From Candidatus Termititenax aidoneus (lineage in GTDB: Bacteria > Margulisbacteria > Termititenacia > Termititenacales > Termititenacaceae), in the NCBI GenBank assembly GCA_003864455.1, contig BGZN01000005.1, positions 9,280 to 73,279 of the forward strand: a DNA stretch of 64,000 nt. Reading direction: 5' to 3'. Under the pieces are notes generated by a model that was not told the DNA's origin, made no database searches, and saw only the letters and a list, made by a program, of their open reading frames with translations. The position numbers and the translations under genes are program-made. How positions within the stretch are numbered: position 1 is the first letter of the stretch; each line of letters begins with the position of its first letter. Of this stretch, positions 18,167 through 28,204 are shown piece by piece.

Positions 18167-19939
18167 ATGTTTATGCGGCGTGTTTTTTTACTGGGCTTGT
18201 GTTTGAGCACTCTGTTGAGCGCCGCCAATCTTGACTATGCGCAGGCCAAAAAATATTTGCAGGACGGCCATTACGATGAAGCTTACCGCGTGTTTGGCTA
18301 TGTCGGCGCTAACCGCCGGCATTTGCGGCCGTACTGCGATTATTACCGCGCGCTGGCTTCGTATCAGGCCGGCCAGACCGCGCGCGCCGCGGCAATACTG
18401 GAGAGATACATAACACAGGAAAATATTCCTTATCTCGACGGGGCTTTAGAGTTGCTGAATGATTGTTATTTGGCGCTGGACAGACCCCAAGAAATTCATC
18501 CGCTGGCTGCCTACAAAAAAGTCGGCAAACTTTTCGCCAAAAGCCAGTATCCCGAAGCGCTGCGTTTGCTGGACGCTGTTTCGGCCAATGAACAGTTGGA
18601 TGATTTGCCGGAAGATGTCTACTACTATCAGGCGCGCGCTTATATGTACTGCGCCGAGCCGGACCAGGCGCGGCGGATTTTGCTGGCGCATCCGGGCGCC
18701 GGGTCGGTTTATTATCTGGGCGTGCTGGCTCTGCATACCCGCCAGACCGCGCCGGCCTTGCAGAGATTTAATGAAGTTGTCCAGAAATATCCGGCTGCGG
18801 AGTACGCGCCGCTGGCTCTTTACAATCTGGCGCGGTATACCCGTGGCGAAAATAGTCTGCGTTATTATCAGCGTTTGTACAGGGATTATCCGGCTTCGCG
18901 TTATGCGGACGACGCGGCCTGGGAAGTCGGCTCGGTTTATTTCCGGCAAAAAAATTATCAGCGCGCCGCGGCGGTTTTTTTAGAGGGCTACGGCCTGAAT
19001 AGATATTCGGACAACGCGGATTCCCTGTTGTACTGGGCCGGCAAGTGTTATCAAAAATTGCGGCGTCCTAAAGACGCCGAAGTGATTTTCCAGCAGGCCG
19101 CGCGGGAATTTCCGGCGCGTTTTTACGGCTGGCGCGCTGCGCAGCAGCTTGGTATAACTCCGGTTATACCTTCCGACAATGTGCAGCTCGCGGACCTCAA
19201 ACCGCAGACTGACCGCGCTTTGCTGGAGCTGGTCAAGCTGGGCGAATATGACGACGCTCTGGCCGAAGCTGGATTATTGACCGACCGCAACAAACAGGAA
19301 AGAATTTCCACCGCTTTGCGCATCTATTTGGCGCATTCCGCTTACCGCTCCGGCAGTTATTTGGACGCGATCAATTTGAGCGCCGGAGTTTTGGCCGATG
19401 CGGAAAAAACTCATGACCATACTGTGCTCGCGCCGCCGGAATTGTGGCGGATTTGTTATCCGCAGGCGCAGGCCGGTCTGGTCCGTGCCAACGCTGCCAA
19501 AAACCGGCTGCCGGCCAATTATGTCTACGCGCTGATCCGTGAAGAGTCGCGTTTTGACGAAAAAGCGCTGTCGCCGGCCAACGCTTACGGCCTGATGCAG
19601 CTGATACCGGCCACGGCTTTGCAGGTCATGCGTCAGGAGCAGATTTTGACCGACGAATTTACGCCGGAGATTTTGCATCGGCCGGATCTGAATATTTTGC
19701 TGGGTACAGTCTATCTGCGGCAAATGTTGGAACAATTTGGCGGCAATCAGTATTTGGCGCTGGCGGCTTACAATGCCGGCCCCACGGCGGCGGCGCGCTG
19801 GCTGCGCCAGCACGGCGGTTTGAAAAATTTTGACATTGACATTTTTGTCGAAAGCATCTCCTACACGGAAACCCGTAATTATGTTAAAAGGGTGATGCGG
19901 GGGTATTGGCTGTACGATTTGATTTATGGAGCGCTGTAA
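18167..19939 (+). CDS. TPR-repeat soluble lytic murein transglycosylase (Slt family)
   Basis: A signal peptide is followed by a TPR-rich N-terminal domain and a C-terminal SLT domain (EESRFDEKALSPANAYGLMQLIPATA). Confidence 0.8.
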   Translation: MFMRRVFLLGLCLSTLLSAANLDYAQAKKYLQDGHYDEAYRVFGYVGANRRHLRPYCDYYRALASYQAGQTARAAAILERYITQENIPYLDGALELLNDCYLALDRPQEIHPLAAYKKVGKLFAKSQYPEALRLLDAVSANEQLDDLPEDVYYYQARAYMYCAEPDQARRILLAHPGAGSVYYLGVLALHTRQTAPALQRFNEVVQKYPAAEYAPLALYNLARYTRGENSLRYYQRLYRDYPASRYADDAAWEVGSVYFRQKNYQRAAAVFLEGYGLNRYSDNADSLLYWAGKCYQKLRRPKDAEVIFQQAAREFPARFYGWRAAQQLGITPVIPSDNVQLADLKPQTDRALLELVKLGEYDDALAEAGLLTDRNKQERISTALRIYLAHSAYRSGSYLDAINLSAGVLADAEKTHDHTVLAPPELWRICYPQAQAGLVRANAAKNRLPANYVYALIREESRFDEKALSPANAYGLMQLIPATALQVMRQEQILTDEFTPEILHRPDLNILLGTVYLRQMLEQFGGNQYLALAAYNAGPTAAARWLRQHGGLKNFDIDIFVESISYTETRNYVKRVMRGYWLYDLIYGAL

Positions 19940-21936
19940 AACACCTGAATTTCAGATAATTGCAGCCCAAAAATTTTGCTGATCTCTCGAATTATCACTG
20001 AGCCGTCGGGTTGTTCCACAATATCTATATGATCCACCAGCGGCCCACCTAGATTGAAATAACCGCGATCTTCCAGCTTTTGCTCCGGCGTGTTGGGATT
20101 ATGAATTGCTTGTGCTTGTTTGGCGTATTCTATATGGATCAAATTATTGGGGTTTTTCTCGTCAACTTTGGCGCTGATTTTTAGGCCGAGTTTTTCCAAA
20201 ATAGCTGTAGATGACATATATAAAACGCATTGTGCCGCGGCTTCCGCGTCAAGAATATGCGCGGCGGCGTTTTCTGGTTTCAGGATCGGCGGCAGATTAG
20301 AATTTTGGACGACATAAGTGTCCTCGGGGTTGTCTGAATAACGCATGCCGCTAAAGTTTTGATTTTCATCAAACAGCATCCGGCAATTTTGGCTTCGAGC
20401 TATAATTGTAGACGCATAGACTGTTTGTTCTGTAAAAGTTCTGGCTATGGAATTGCTCATGCTGGGGGTATTTTCTTTGCCCAGGCCATTCAAACAAGCA
20501 AACGCCACAACAGAGCCTCCGGCAGCGCAATAACGGCTGCATTTTTGCATTTCGGCATTGTCCGTAGTATCCAGCATTTTGGCGTCCAACTGCTGGACAA
20601 AGGTGTTAAGTTTAGCCAGCAGTTTAGGATTAGCTTCATTAAAATATAGCTGCTGTATCTCTTCTTCAGAAAAAGGCGGCAGAGACAGCCGTTCTGCCAG
20701 ACTGTTGGCCAGCTGGGTTAAATTTAAATTCTCGGAATCAGCAGTAATGTTGCCTAGAGAAAAAGAAATACCGGTCGGCAGGCCGTGTCCGCCCAAGTAC
20801 ACTAGGTCGATAGGATGTTGTTTATCGCCATTAAGAGTATTGCAATTATAAGTATTGGCAAAAATATTTTCTAATTCTTGATCGCTTTCGACTTCGTAAT
20901 AACAAACTTGATACCCATTGGCAATTAATTCCGAAATATCGTTATTTCCAAAAGCGCCGTTAGGATCATCTTTGTTAAAAATAACCAGGGCTGTTTTTTG
21001 GTCAGGGTCAAGGGGCTGCCGGCGAAAATCCACGATTTTTTGCAATTCAGCGGCGTTGGCAAAACGCTCCAAATAAGTGATTGGCGCTGGCTTGGCCGGC
21101 GGCGGCGGATTTAGATTGGGAACGGTTAAATTTTGACATTCCTGCCGTAAAGTTTCTAAAGCGGTTTTTTCTCCATCCGTTACAGGCAGCCTTGCCAAAT
21201 CTTCGGCGGAATAAAACTCTCGAAAAAAAAGATAAGCAAGACCAGGCATTGGCTGCCGCGAAAAATTTAATAAATGCAAGAAGTCTTCTTTTAAATCCGC
21301 GTTGGACAGCATAAAGCGCATGTCTGAATAGGTTGTATTTCCGCAAAAGGCTTTCCATAGCTCATTGGTACTTTCAGCATCTTGCGGTGGAATTTGAATG
21401 TATAATTCGTTAAATTTGGCACGGATTTTATCGGTCATAACGCTGCTGGGATTATGCAAGAGATATATAATCGACAGCATAGCGCGCCTGTCCCGCGCTA
21501 TTTCAGCCAGCAACTTTTTATCGGCCTGTTCAAAAACAGCCAGCGACGCTTCTTCTCCAGGGTAATAAGTTTGAGCTTCTTTTAGCAGTTGAACGAAAGA
21601 ATCTTTGCCGTTTAGTTCCTGCGGCAGATAAATATTGATGAAATCAAATTTTCGCAGTTCTTTTTTATCAATATTCAGCTGGGATTTATAGGCCAAAGTG
21701 TAATGAAATTCTGCGGGGGAAATTTGGCCATCTCGGTCTGCGTCAAAATCTGCAAATTTTTGTGATTTAAATTCTGGATTGTCGCGCTGCAAATTGGCAA
21801 ACTCGCGTTGGTTTAATTTATTATTTTTTAAATTAAACCAGCCGGGGCCGTCATATTTATGAAACAAAGAATTTAAGTTTATGCTCATATTTTCCTCAAA
21901 CAAAAAACTTTGTAATATATTGCCCAGATTTGACAA
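19924..21936 (-). CDS. hypothetical 670-aa protein with N-terminal EF-hand motif and a possible clan CD (caspase-like) His/Cys dyad
   Basis: An EF-hand-like loop (DFDADRDGQISPAEF) is present. The C-terminal half carries hhhFNKDD ... YLGGHG ... AFACLNG, which resembles a caspase-fold His-Gly / Ala-Cys arrangement. No signal peptide is present. Confidence 0.45.
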   Translation of the reverse strand: MSNLGNILQSFLFEENMSINLNSLFHKYDGPGWFNLKNNKLNQREFANLQRDNPEFKSQKFADFDADRDGQISPAEFHYTLAYKSQLNIDKKELRKFDFINIYLPQELNGKDSFVQLLKEAQTYYPGEEASLAVFEQADKKLLAEIARDRRAMLSIIYLLHNPSSVMTDKIRAKFNELYIQIPPQDAESTNELWKAFCGNTTYSDMRFMLSNADLKEDFLHLLNFSRQPMPGLAYLFFREFYSAEDLARLPVTDGEKTALETLRQECQNLTVPNLNPPPPAKPAPITYLERFANAAELQKIVDFRRQPLDPDQKTALVIFNKDDPNGAFGNNDISELIANGYQVCYYEVESDQELENIFANTYNCNTLNGDKQHPIDLVYLGGHGLPTGISFSLGNITADSENLNLTQLANSLAERLSLPPFSEEEIQQLYFNEANPKLLAKLNTFVQQLDAKMLDTTDNAEMQKCSRYCAAGGSVVAFACLNGLGKENTPSMSNSIARTFTEQTVYASTIIARSQNCRMLFDENQNFSGMRYSDNPEDTYVVQNSNLPPILKPENAAAHILDAEAAAQCVLYMSSTAILEKLGLKISAKVDEKNPNNLIHIEYAKQAQAIHNPNTPEQKLEDRGYFNLGGPLVDHIDIVEQPDGSVIIREISKIFGLQLSEIQVFYSAP

Positions 21937-22002
21937 AAATATACCTGACCTTTATTGAGAAGTTTTGTTATATAATTTCTTAAAACTAAAAGGATATTTT
22001 TA

Positions 22003-23079
22003 ATGAAAGAAAAAAAATTAGAAAATACTGGCCAGGCCGATCCCGGGCGTCTTATTGGCCGGGAGACTCAAACCGAGGACACCCTCTCCGAATCTATCCG
22101 TCCGCGCACGCTGGACGAGTACATCGGCCAGGAGACGCTGAAAGACAATCTGCGCGTTTATATCAAAGCCGCGTCCGCGCGCGGCGAGCCGCTGGAGCAT
22201 TTGATCTTTTACGGGCCGCCGGGTTTGGGCAAAACGACGCTGGCCAATGTCATTGCCAATGAAATGGGCGTGGCGATCAAGGTTACTTCCGGTCCGGCGG
22301 TCGAGCGGCCGGGCGATCTGGCCGCGCTGCTCACCAATTTGCAGGAGGGCGATGTTTTTTTTATCGACGAGATTCACCGCCTCAATCACGCGGTCGAGGA
22401 AGTGCTTTACGCGGCTATGGAGGATTTTGAGCTGGACATCATGATCGGCAAAGGTCCTTCGGCGCGCTCGCTGCGCCTGACTCTGCCGAAATTTACCTTA
22501 ATTGGCGCGACGACGAGAGTCGGTCTGCTTTCCGCGCCGCTGCGCGACCGTTTTGGCATTCTCAATAAACTGGAGTTTTACACCGACGCGGAGTTGAGCC
22601 GGATTATTCAGCGTTCCGCGCGGCTGCTAGGTGTGGCGGTGGATACGGACAGCGCTCTGGCCATAGCCAGCCGCAGCCGCGCTACGCCGCGCATCGCCAA
22701 CCGCCTGATCCGGCGGATTCGCGATTGGGCGCAGGTCAAAAACCAGGGTGTGATTACACCGGCAGTGGTAGACGCGGCTTTGCAGGCTCTGGCGATAGAC
22801 CGGCTCGGCCTCGACCCTGTCGACCGCAAAATCCTGACCGCGATTATCGAGAAATTCAACGGCGGGCCGGTGGGTCTGGACACGCTGGCGGCCATGACCA
22901 ATGAAGACGCGCTGACGCTGGAGGACGTTTACGAGCCGTATTTGCTGCAGCTGGGGTTTATCGATAGAACGCCCCGTGGTAGAATTTGCACATCAGCCGC
23001 TTATGCGCATTTGGGCAAACCCCAGCCGGACAGCCTCAATGTGCCGGGCGGTTTATTTGAAGGGACAGCAAATGCGTAA
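22003..23079 (+). CDS. ruvB: Holliday junction branch migration helicase RuvB
   Basis: It carries the Walker A motif [15 protein letters not shown] and AAA+ motifs. Confidence 0.95.
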   Translation: MKEKKLENTGQADPGRLIGRETQTEDTLSESIRPRTLDEYIGQETLKDNLRVYIKAASARGEPLEHLIFYGPPGLGKTTLANVIANEMGVAIKVTSGPAVERPGDLAALLTNLQEGDVFFIDEIHRLNHAVEEVLYAAMEDFELDIMIGKGPSARSLRLTLPKFTLIGATTRVGLLSAPLRDRFGILNKLEFYTDAELSRIIQRSARLLGVAVDTDSALAIASRSRATPRIANRLIRRIRDWAQVKNQGVITPAVVDAALQALAIDRLGLDPVDRKILTAIIEKFNGGPVGLDTLAAMTNEDALTLEDVYEPYLLQLGFIDRTPRGRICTSAAYAHLGKPQPDSLNVPGGLFEGTANA

Positions 23080-23656
23080 AACGCAAAAAAGCCGCCAAAC
23101 CAAAGAAACTCAAATCGCGCTGGAATTAAATCTCGACGGCCAGGGGCAGTCGGAGATCAGTACCGGCATTGCTTTTTTTGACCACATGCTCACTCTGCTG
23201 GCCAAGCACGGCAATTTTGACCTCAATATTCAGGCGCAGGGTGATTTGGCGGTCGACGCGCATCATACGGTGGAGGATGTCGGTCTGGTTTTGGGCGACG
23301 CTTTCAAGACCGCTCTAGGTGACAAAACCGGCATCAACCGTTACGGTTTTTTTGTTTTGCCGATGGACGAAGCTCTGGCGGAATGCGCGCTGGATATTTC
23401 CGGCCGGCCTTTTTTGCAGTTTTCCGCCGAGTTTGCCAAAGCCAAAGTCGGTGAGTTTGACGCGGAATTAGTCGAGGAATTTTGGCGGGCTTTTGCGGCG
23501 CAGGCCGGCATCACGGCGCATATTCGTTTACTGTCGGGGTCCAATCTGCATCACGCAGCTGAGGCGATTTTCAAAGGCATGGCGCGGGCTTTGCGCGCGG
23601 CCGTGAGCGTTGATCCGCGCACGCAGGGCGTGCCGTCCACCAAAGGAATTTTATAA
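23072..23656 (+). CDS. hisB: imidazoleglycerol-phosphate dehydratase
   Basis: It begins at the internal ATG at 23072 ([17 protein letters not shown]...), with IGPD motifs ([21 protein letters not shown]). It overlaps the ruvB stop by 8 nt. Confidence 0.8.
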   Translation: MRKTQKSRQTKETQIALELNLDGQGQSEISTGIAFFDHMLTLLAKHGNFDLNIQAQGDLAVDAHHTVEDVGLVLGDAFKTALGDKTGINRYGFFVLPMDEALAECALDISGRPFLQFSAEFAKAKVGEFDAELVEEFWRAFAAQAGITAHIRLLSGSNLHHAAEAIFKGMARALRAAVSVDPRTQGVPSTKGIL

Positions 23657-23659
23657 AAA

Positions 23660-25552
23660 ATGGCCGAAGAAAAAAAGACAGAGCAAAAAACGGACAAACC
23701 GTCCAAATTGAAACCGCGCAAAAATCCCCGTCCCGAGGATAATCCGCTTTGGCGGCAGTTGATTCTGCTGATTTTAGTCGGTTTGCTGATCCTTTCTTTT
23801 GTGAAGCCGCTGGTGGAGAAACAATCCGCCGCGGTTGCGGCCAAGCCGCGCGCGGTAACTTTTTCAGAATTGAACACGCTGATCGAGAGCGGACAGATCG
23901 GCAGGCTGACGATCAATCCGGTGGATTATTCGGTCGAGGCGGAATTAAAAACCGACAAGCAAAAAGTGCAGACTTATATAGTAATGTATCCGGGCTTTAT
24001 TCCGCTGCTGGAGAGTAAAGGCATTGACGTCAAAATTACTTCGCCCAATCAGAATTGGCTGGCTTCTTTTTTCGGCACAGTTGTTTTGCCTCTGGCGCTT
24101 TTTGCCGGCCTGTGGTTTTTTATTTTCCGGCAGGCGCAGGGCGTCAACAATCAGGCGATTTCTTTCGGCAAATCCAAGGCCAAAAGTTGGATCAAGGACG
24201 GCAAGACCACAACGACTTTTAAAAATATCGCCGGCGCTGACGAAGCGGTCGAGGAATTGCAGGAAATCGTCGATTTTTTGAAGAATCCGAAAAAATATCA
24301 GGAGCTTGGCGCAAAAATTCCCCATGGCGTGCTGCTGATGGGGCCGCCCGGCTGCGGCAAAACTTTGCTGGCCAGAGCGGTGGCTGGCGAGGCTGGCGTG
24401 GCTTTTATGCATATCAGCGGTTCGGATTTTGTGGAAATGTTCGTCGGCGTGGGCGCGTCGCGAGTGCGTGATCTTTTCAATCAGGCCAAACGCGCGCAGC
24501 CTTCTATAATATTTGTCGATGAGATTGACGCGGTCGGCCGGCATCGCGGCGCGGGCTTGGGCGGCGGACACGATGAGCGCGAGCAGACGCTTAATCAGAT
24601 ACTGGTGGAAATGGACGGCTTCGACGACAAAGCTTCGGTTATCGTCATTGCCGCGACCAACCGCCCCGATGTGCTCGACCCAGCTCTGCTGCGGCCGGGA
24701 CGTTTTGACCGGCAGGTGGTTTTAGACCGGCCGGACGTCAAAGGCCGCGAGGCTATACTCAAGATCCATGTGGAAAAAGTCAAGCTGGAAAAAGATGTTG
24801 ATTTGAGCATTTTGGCCAAGCGCACGCCCGGCTTTACCGGCGCGGATCTGGCCAATCTGGTCAATGAGTCCGCGCTGCTGGCCGCGCGGCGCAATAAAAA
24901 ACAAGTCGGTTTGGACGACCTCGAAGCGGCAATTGACCGCGTGGTGGCCGGCCCGGAAAAAAAGAGCAAAGTCATGTCCAAAGAAGAAAAAGAAATTATC
25001 GCGTATCACGAGGTCGGCCATGCTTTGGTTGCCAAAATGACGCCCAACGCCGATCCGGTGCATAAAATTTCCATACTGCCGCGCGGTCTGGCTTTGGGTT
25101 ATACCTTGCAACTGCCGCTGGAAGACCGCTATCTGGTTTCCCGTCAAAAAATGCTCGACGAAATCACAATACTTTTGGGAGGCCGCGCCGCCGAGTCTGT
25201 CAGATTTAAAGAGATCACCACCGGCGCGGCCAATGATCTCGAACGCGCGACTAAAATGGCGCATCAAATTGTCTGCAAATATGGCATGTCCGCTCTGGGC
25301 AACCGCACTTTTGGCCGCGCGCAGGAAAATGTTTTTTTAGGCCGGGATTTTGTCCAGCATGACCGCGACTTCAGCGAAAAAACGGCGGACAGCATCGACA
25401 AAGAAATGAACGCGCTGCTGGCCGACGCTTACAAGCGCGCGCAGGATATTCTGCAAAAGCACAAAACCGTCATGGAAAAACTGGCGCAGGAATTAATGAA
25501 AAAAGAAGTGCTCGAAGGCAAAGAGTTTGACGAGTTTTTGCAGACCGTATAA
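23660..25552 (+). CDS. ftsH: ATP-dependent zinc metalloprotease FtsH
   Basis: An N-terminal TM region is followed by an AAA domain ([14 protein letters not shown]) and an HEVGH zinc motif. Confidence 0.95.
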   Translation: MAEEKKTEQKTDKPSKLKPRKNPRPEDNPLWRQLILLILVGLLILSFVKPLVEKQSAAVAAKPRAVTFSELNTLIESGQIGRLTINPVDYSVEAELKTDKQKVQTYIVMYPGFIPLLESKGIDVKITSPNQNWLASFFGTVVLPLALFAGLWFFIFRQAQGVNNQAISFGKSKAKSWIKDGKTTTTFKNIAGADEAVEELQEIVDFLKNPKKYQELGAKIPHGVLLMGPPGCGKTLLARAVAGEAGVAFMHISGSDFVEMFVGVGASRVRDLFNQAKRAQPSIIFVDEIDAVGRHRGAGLGGGHDEREQTLNQILVEMDGFDDKASVIVIAATNRPDVLDPALLRPGRFDRQVVLDRPDVKGREAILKIHVEKVKLEKDVDLSILAKRTPGFTGADLANLVNESALLAARRNKKQVGLDDLEAAIDRVVAGPEKKSKVMSKEEKEIIAYHEVGHALVAKMTPNADPVHKISILPRGLALGYTLQLPLEDRYLVSRQKMLDEITILLGGRAAESVRFKEITTGAANDLERATKMAHQIVCKYGMSALGNRTFGRAQENVFLGRDFVQHDRDFSEKTADSIDKEMNALLADAYKRAQDILQKHKTVMEKLAQELMKKEVLEGKEFDEFLQTV

Positions 25553-25627
25553 CGGACACTGAGCTGTGTCGAAGTGTCCGTATGCGGTGGCTTCGACAAG
25601 CTCAGCCACCGATGTCTGTAAAACACA

Positions 25628-25656
25628 TTGACGATTTTAGAAAAATTAAGTAATCT
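25628..25656 (+). promoter_or_regulatory. sigma70-like promoter (TTGACG-17 bp-TAATCT) upstream of fabI
   Basis: The motif was seen directly in the sequence. An AGGGAGG RBS precedes the ATG at 25714. Confidence 0.4.
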
Positions 25657-25713
25657 CTGATTTTAGTTTTTCGCCTTTTTGCAGGCCAAAAATAATCAGG
25701 GAGGTTACTATAA

Positions 25714-26487
25714 ATGAAGTTACTGGAAGGCAAGACAGCTTTGGTTACCGGCGTGGCCAATGATTACAGCATCGCCTGGGGCATCGCGCAGGCTTTGCGC
25801 GAGCATGGCGCGGAAGTTGCGTTCACTTATCAAAACGAGCGCCTCAAAGAAAAAATGAGCGATTTGGTCAAGCCGTTCAATCCAAAGCTGCTCACCGAAC
25901 TGGACGTAACCAAAGACGCGGACATCGCCAGAGTAGGGCAGGAAGTTTTTGCGGTATACGGCAAGCTGGATATTTTTGTTCATTCGCTGGCCTTCGTGCC
26001 CAAAGAAGATTTGCACGGCGATTTTTACAAAGCCAGCCGCGCCGGTTTTGCAATGGCCAATGACATCAGTTCTTACAGTCTGATTGCTGTGACCAACGCT
26101 TTGCTGCCGGCTTTTGAGGCGGCTGGCGGCGGCAGTGTGATGTACCTGACTTATATCGGCGGCGAATATGCAATCTCCACTTATGGTCTGGCCGGCGTGA
26201 CCAAAGCCGCTCTGGAAATTTCCGGCAAATATTTGGCGCAGTCCCTCGGCGATAAAAAAATCCGCGTCAACGGCATTTCGGCAGGACCGATCAAAACTCT
26301 GGCGGCACGCGGCATTAAAAATTTTTCCGGCCTGCAGCAAAAAGCGCAGGATTTTATGCCGCTCAAAGGCGAAATGACTCCGGCGGACGTGGCTGGCACG
26401 GCGGTTTTTCTGGGCAGCGACCTGTCCAAATCTATCACCGGCGAGATTATTCACGTCGACAACGGTTTTCATTGTGTCCGCGGCTGA
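25714..26487 (+). CDS. fabI: enoyl-[acyl-carrier-protein] reductase (NADH) FabI
   Basis: The N-terminus KTALVTGVANDYSIAWGIA is typical of FabI. The protein is SDR-like. Confidence 0.9.
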   Translation: MKLLEGKTALVTGVANDYSIAWGIAQALREHGAEVAFTYQNERLKEKMSDLVKPFNPKLLTELDVTKDADIARVGQEVFAVYGKLDIFVHSLAFVPKEDLHGDFYKASRAGFAMANDISSYSLIAVTNALLPAFEAAGGGSVMYLTYIGGEYAISTYGLAGVTKAALEISGKYLAQSLGDKKIRVNGISAGPIKTLAARGIKNFSGLQQKAQDFMPLKGEMTPADVAGTAVFLGSDLSKSITGEIIHVDNGFHCVRG

Positions 26488-27265
26488 CAAAACGCTAACC
26501 AGCATTGCCAATCCGCTGGTCAAAGAAGTTTTGCGCCTGCACGGCAAACAAGGCCGCCTCGAGACAGGACTTTTTCTTATTGAAGGCCGCCGTGAACTGG
26601 ACATTGCCGCACAGCGCGGTGTCGAAATCGTGCGATTTTTATACAATCCAGAAAAATGCAGTTTTTCCGTGAATTTAGGCCAGAATTTTGGTGAAAAAAT
26701 AAAAGTTTCCAATAGAGTTTTAGAACGTATTTCTTATCGCGGCAGTACAGAAGGTTTTATCGCCGTGGCCAAAGCGCGGCAAAAAGATTTGCGCGCTTTT
26801 AAATTACCAGCTAGTCCTCTAATTGTGGTTCTGGATAAGCTGGAAAAACCCGGGAATATTGGCGCTATACTGCGCACTGCCGCGGCCGCCGGAATAGACG
26901 CTGTTTTGCTTAGCGATACGCCTGGCGATTTGTACAATCCCAATCTTATCCGCGCCAGTCTGGGGGCGATTTTTTCTCTGCCGGTCTTTAATGTTTCCGC
27001 AAATGAAGCTTTAAATTGGTTAAATTCACATAAAATCAAGATTATAACTGCTTCGCCATACGCTAAGAAAACACATTTCGATTATGATTTTTCCGCGTCA
27101 GCGGCGTTGATTATCGGCAGCGAGGCTGACGGGGTGTCAGAAATTTGGGCGAAAAATGCCGCGGACAGCGTTCTTATCCCCATGTCCAGCGCGGTCGATT
27201 CGCTCAACGCTTCGGTTTCCGTGGCTGTGTTGATATATGAAGCATTGAGACAAAGGCGGAAGTGA
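26474..27265 (+). CDS. SpoU/TrmH-family RNA 2'-O-methyltransferase
   Basis: It carries the SPOUT motifs LDKLEKPGNIGAILRTAAAAG and LIIGSEADGVS. Confidence 0.8.
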   Translation: MSAADKTLTSIANPLVKEVLRLHGKQGRLETGLFLIEGRRELDIAAQRGVEIVRFLYNPEKCSFSVNLGQNFGEKIKVSNRVLERISYRGSTEGFIAVAKARQKDLRAFKLPASPLIVVLDKLEKPGNIGAILRTAAAAGIDAVLLSDTPGDLYNPNLIRASLGAIFSLPVFNVSANEALNWLNSHKIKIITASPYAKKTHFDYDFSASAALIIGSEADGVSEIWAKNAADSVLIPMSSAVDSLNASVSVAVLIYEALRQRRK

Positions 27266-27292
27266 GGGTATTAAAATTATTAAGAGGTTGTA

Positions 27293-27943
27293 ATGAAAAC
27301 AGGCAGGCAAGCGGTTAAGGAATTAGAATTACTCGAAAAAGAGTATCCCAAGTGGCGGGCGGCCGTTCTAGACTTGCTGGCTGTGGAAACAGAGAGCCCG
27401 TTCAAGATTTTGATCAGCACAGTGCTTTCCCTGCGCACCAAGGATCAGACCACGGCGCAGGCCAGCGAGCGTCTGTATGCTGTGGCGGATACTCCGCAAA
27501 AAATCCTGAAATTAAGCGAAAAACAATTGGAGAAATTGATTTATCCGGTCGGTTTTTATCATACTAAAGCTAAACAAATATTACAAATTTGTAACATTTT
27601 GCTGACGAAACATCACGGCCAAGTGCCGGCTGATTTTGACACTTTGTTGTCTTTTCCAGGCGTGGGACGCAAGACCGCCAATCTGGTGCTGGCTCTGGGA
27701 TTCGACATACCGGCTGTTTGCGTGGACACGCATGTGCACCGCATCAGCAACCGCTTGGGCTGGGCGCAGACCAAGACGCCGGAAGAAACAGAATTTGCCC
27801 TGCGGAAAATTTTTCCTGAAAATAAATGGTCGGCGATCAATAAAATTATTGTGGCTTTTGGCCAGACTATTTGCCGGCCAATCGGCCCCAAATGCGCGCT
27901 CTGTGTTTTAACGGATTGCGCGGCGCGCGCCAACCATGTATAA
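27293..27943 (+). CDS. nth: endonuclease III (HhH-GPD DNA glycosylase with [4Fe-4S] cluster)
   Basis: An HhH-GPD motif (LLSFPGVGRKTANLVL) is present, with a C-terminal Cys cluster (CRPIGPKCALCVLTDC). Confidence 0.9.
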   Translation: MKTGRQAVKELELLEKEYPKWRAAVLDLLAVETESPFKILISTVLSLRTKDQTTAQASERLYAVADTPQKILKLSEKQLEKLIYPVGFYHTKAKQILQICNILLTKHHGQVPADFDTLLSFPGVGRKTANLVLALGFDIPAVCVDTHVHRISNRLGWAQTKTPEETEFALRKIFPENKWSAINKIIVAFGQTICRPIGPKCALCVLTDCAARANHV

Positions 27944-27988
27944 TCGTTTATATGCTGGCAGAAAATATTTGAGAAAGGAAGTGATTAA

Positions 27989-28141
27989 ATGAAAAAATTA
28001 CTGGCAATCGCGGCTTTGTCTTTGACCTTGGCAGTAATGCTGGCCGGCTGCGGCGGCACTGCTGAACAGGTTTCTACATCGGCCAAAAGCGGTAACAAAT
28101 ACAGCGGCTATTACAACATAACTCCTACGGATAGTAAGTAA
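27989..28141 (+). CDS. small lipoprotein (50 aa), below the ORF-track cutoff
   Basis: An RBS (AAGGAAG) is present. The peptide MKKLLAIAALSLTLAVMLAGC carries a LAGC lipobox. Confidence 0.45.
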   Translation: MKKLLAIAALSLTLAVMLAGCGGTAEQVSTSAKSGNKYSGYYNITPTDSK

Positions 28142-28204
28142 TTGTTTTTACTCAAAGATAGAGGTGTTGTATGCAACGCCTCTATCTTTGTTACAATACC
28201 TGCG

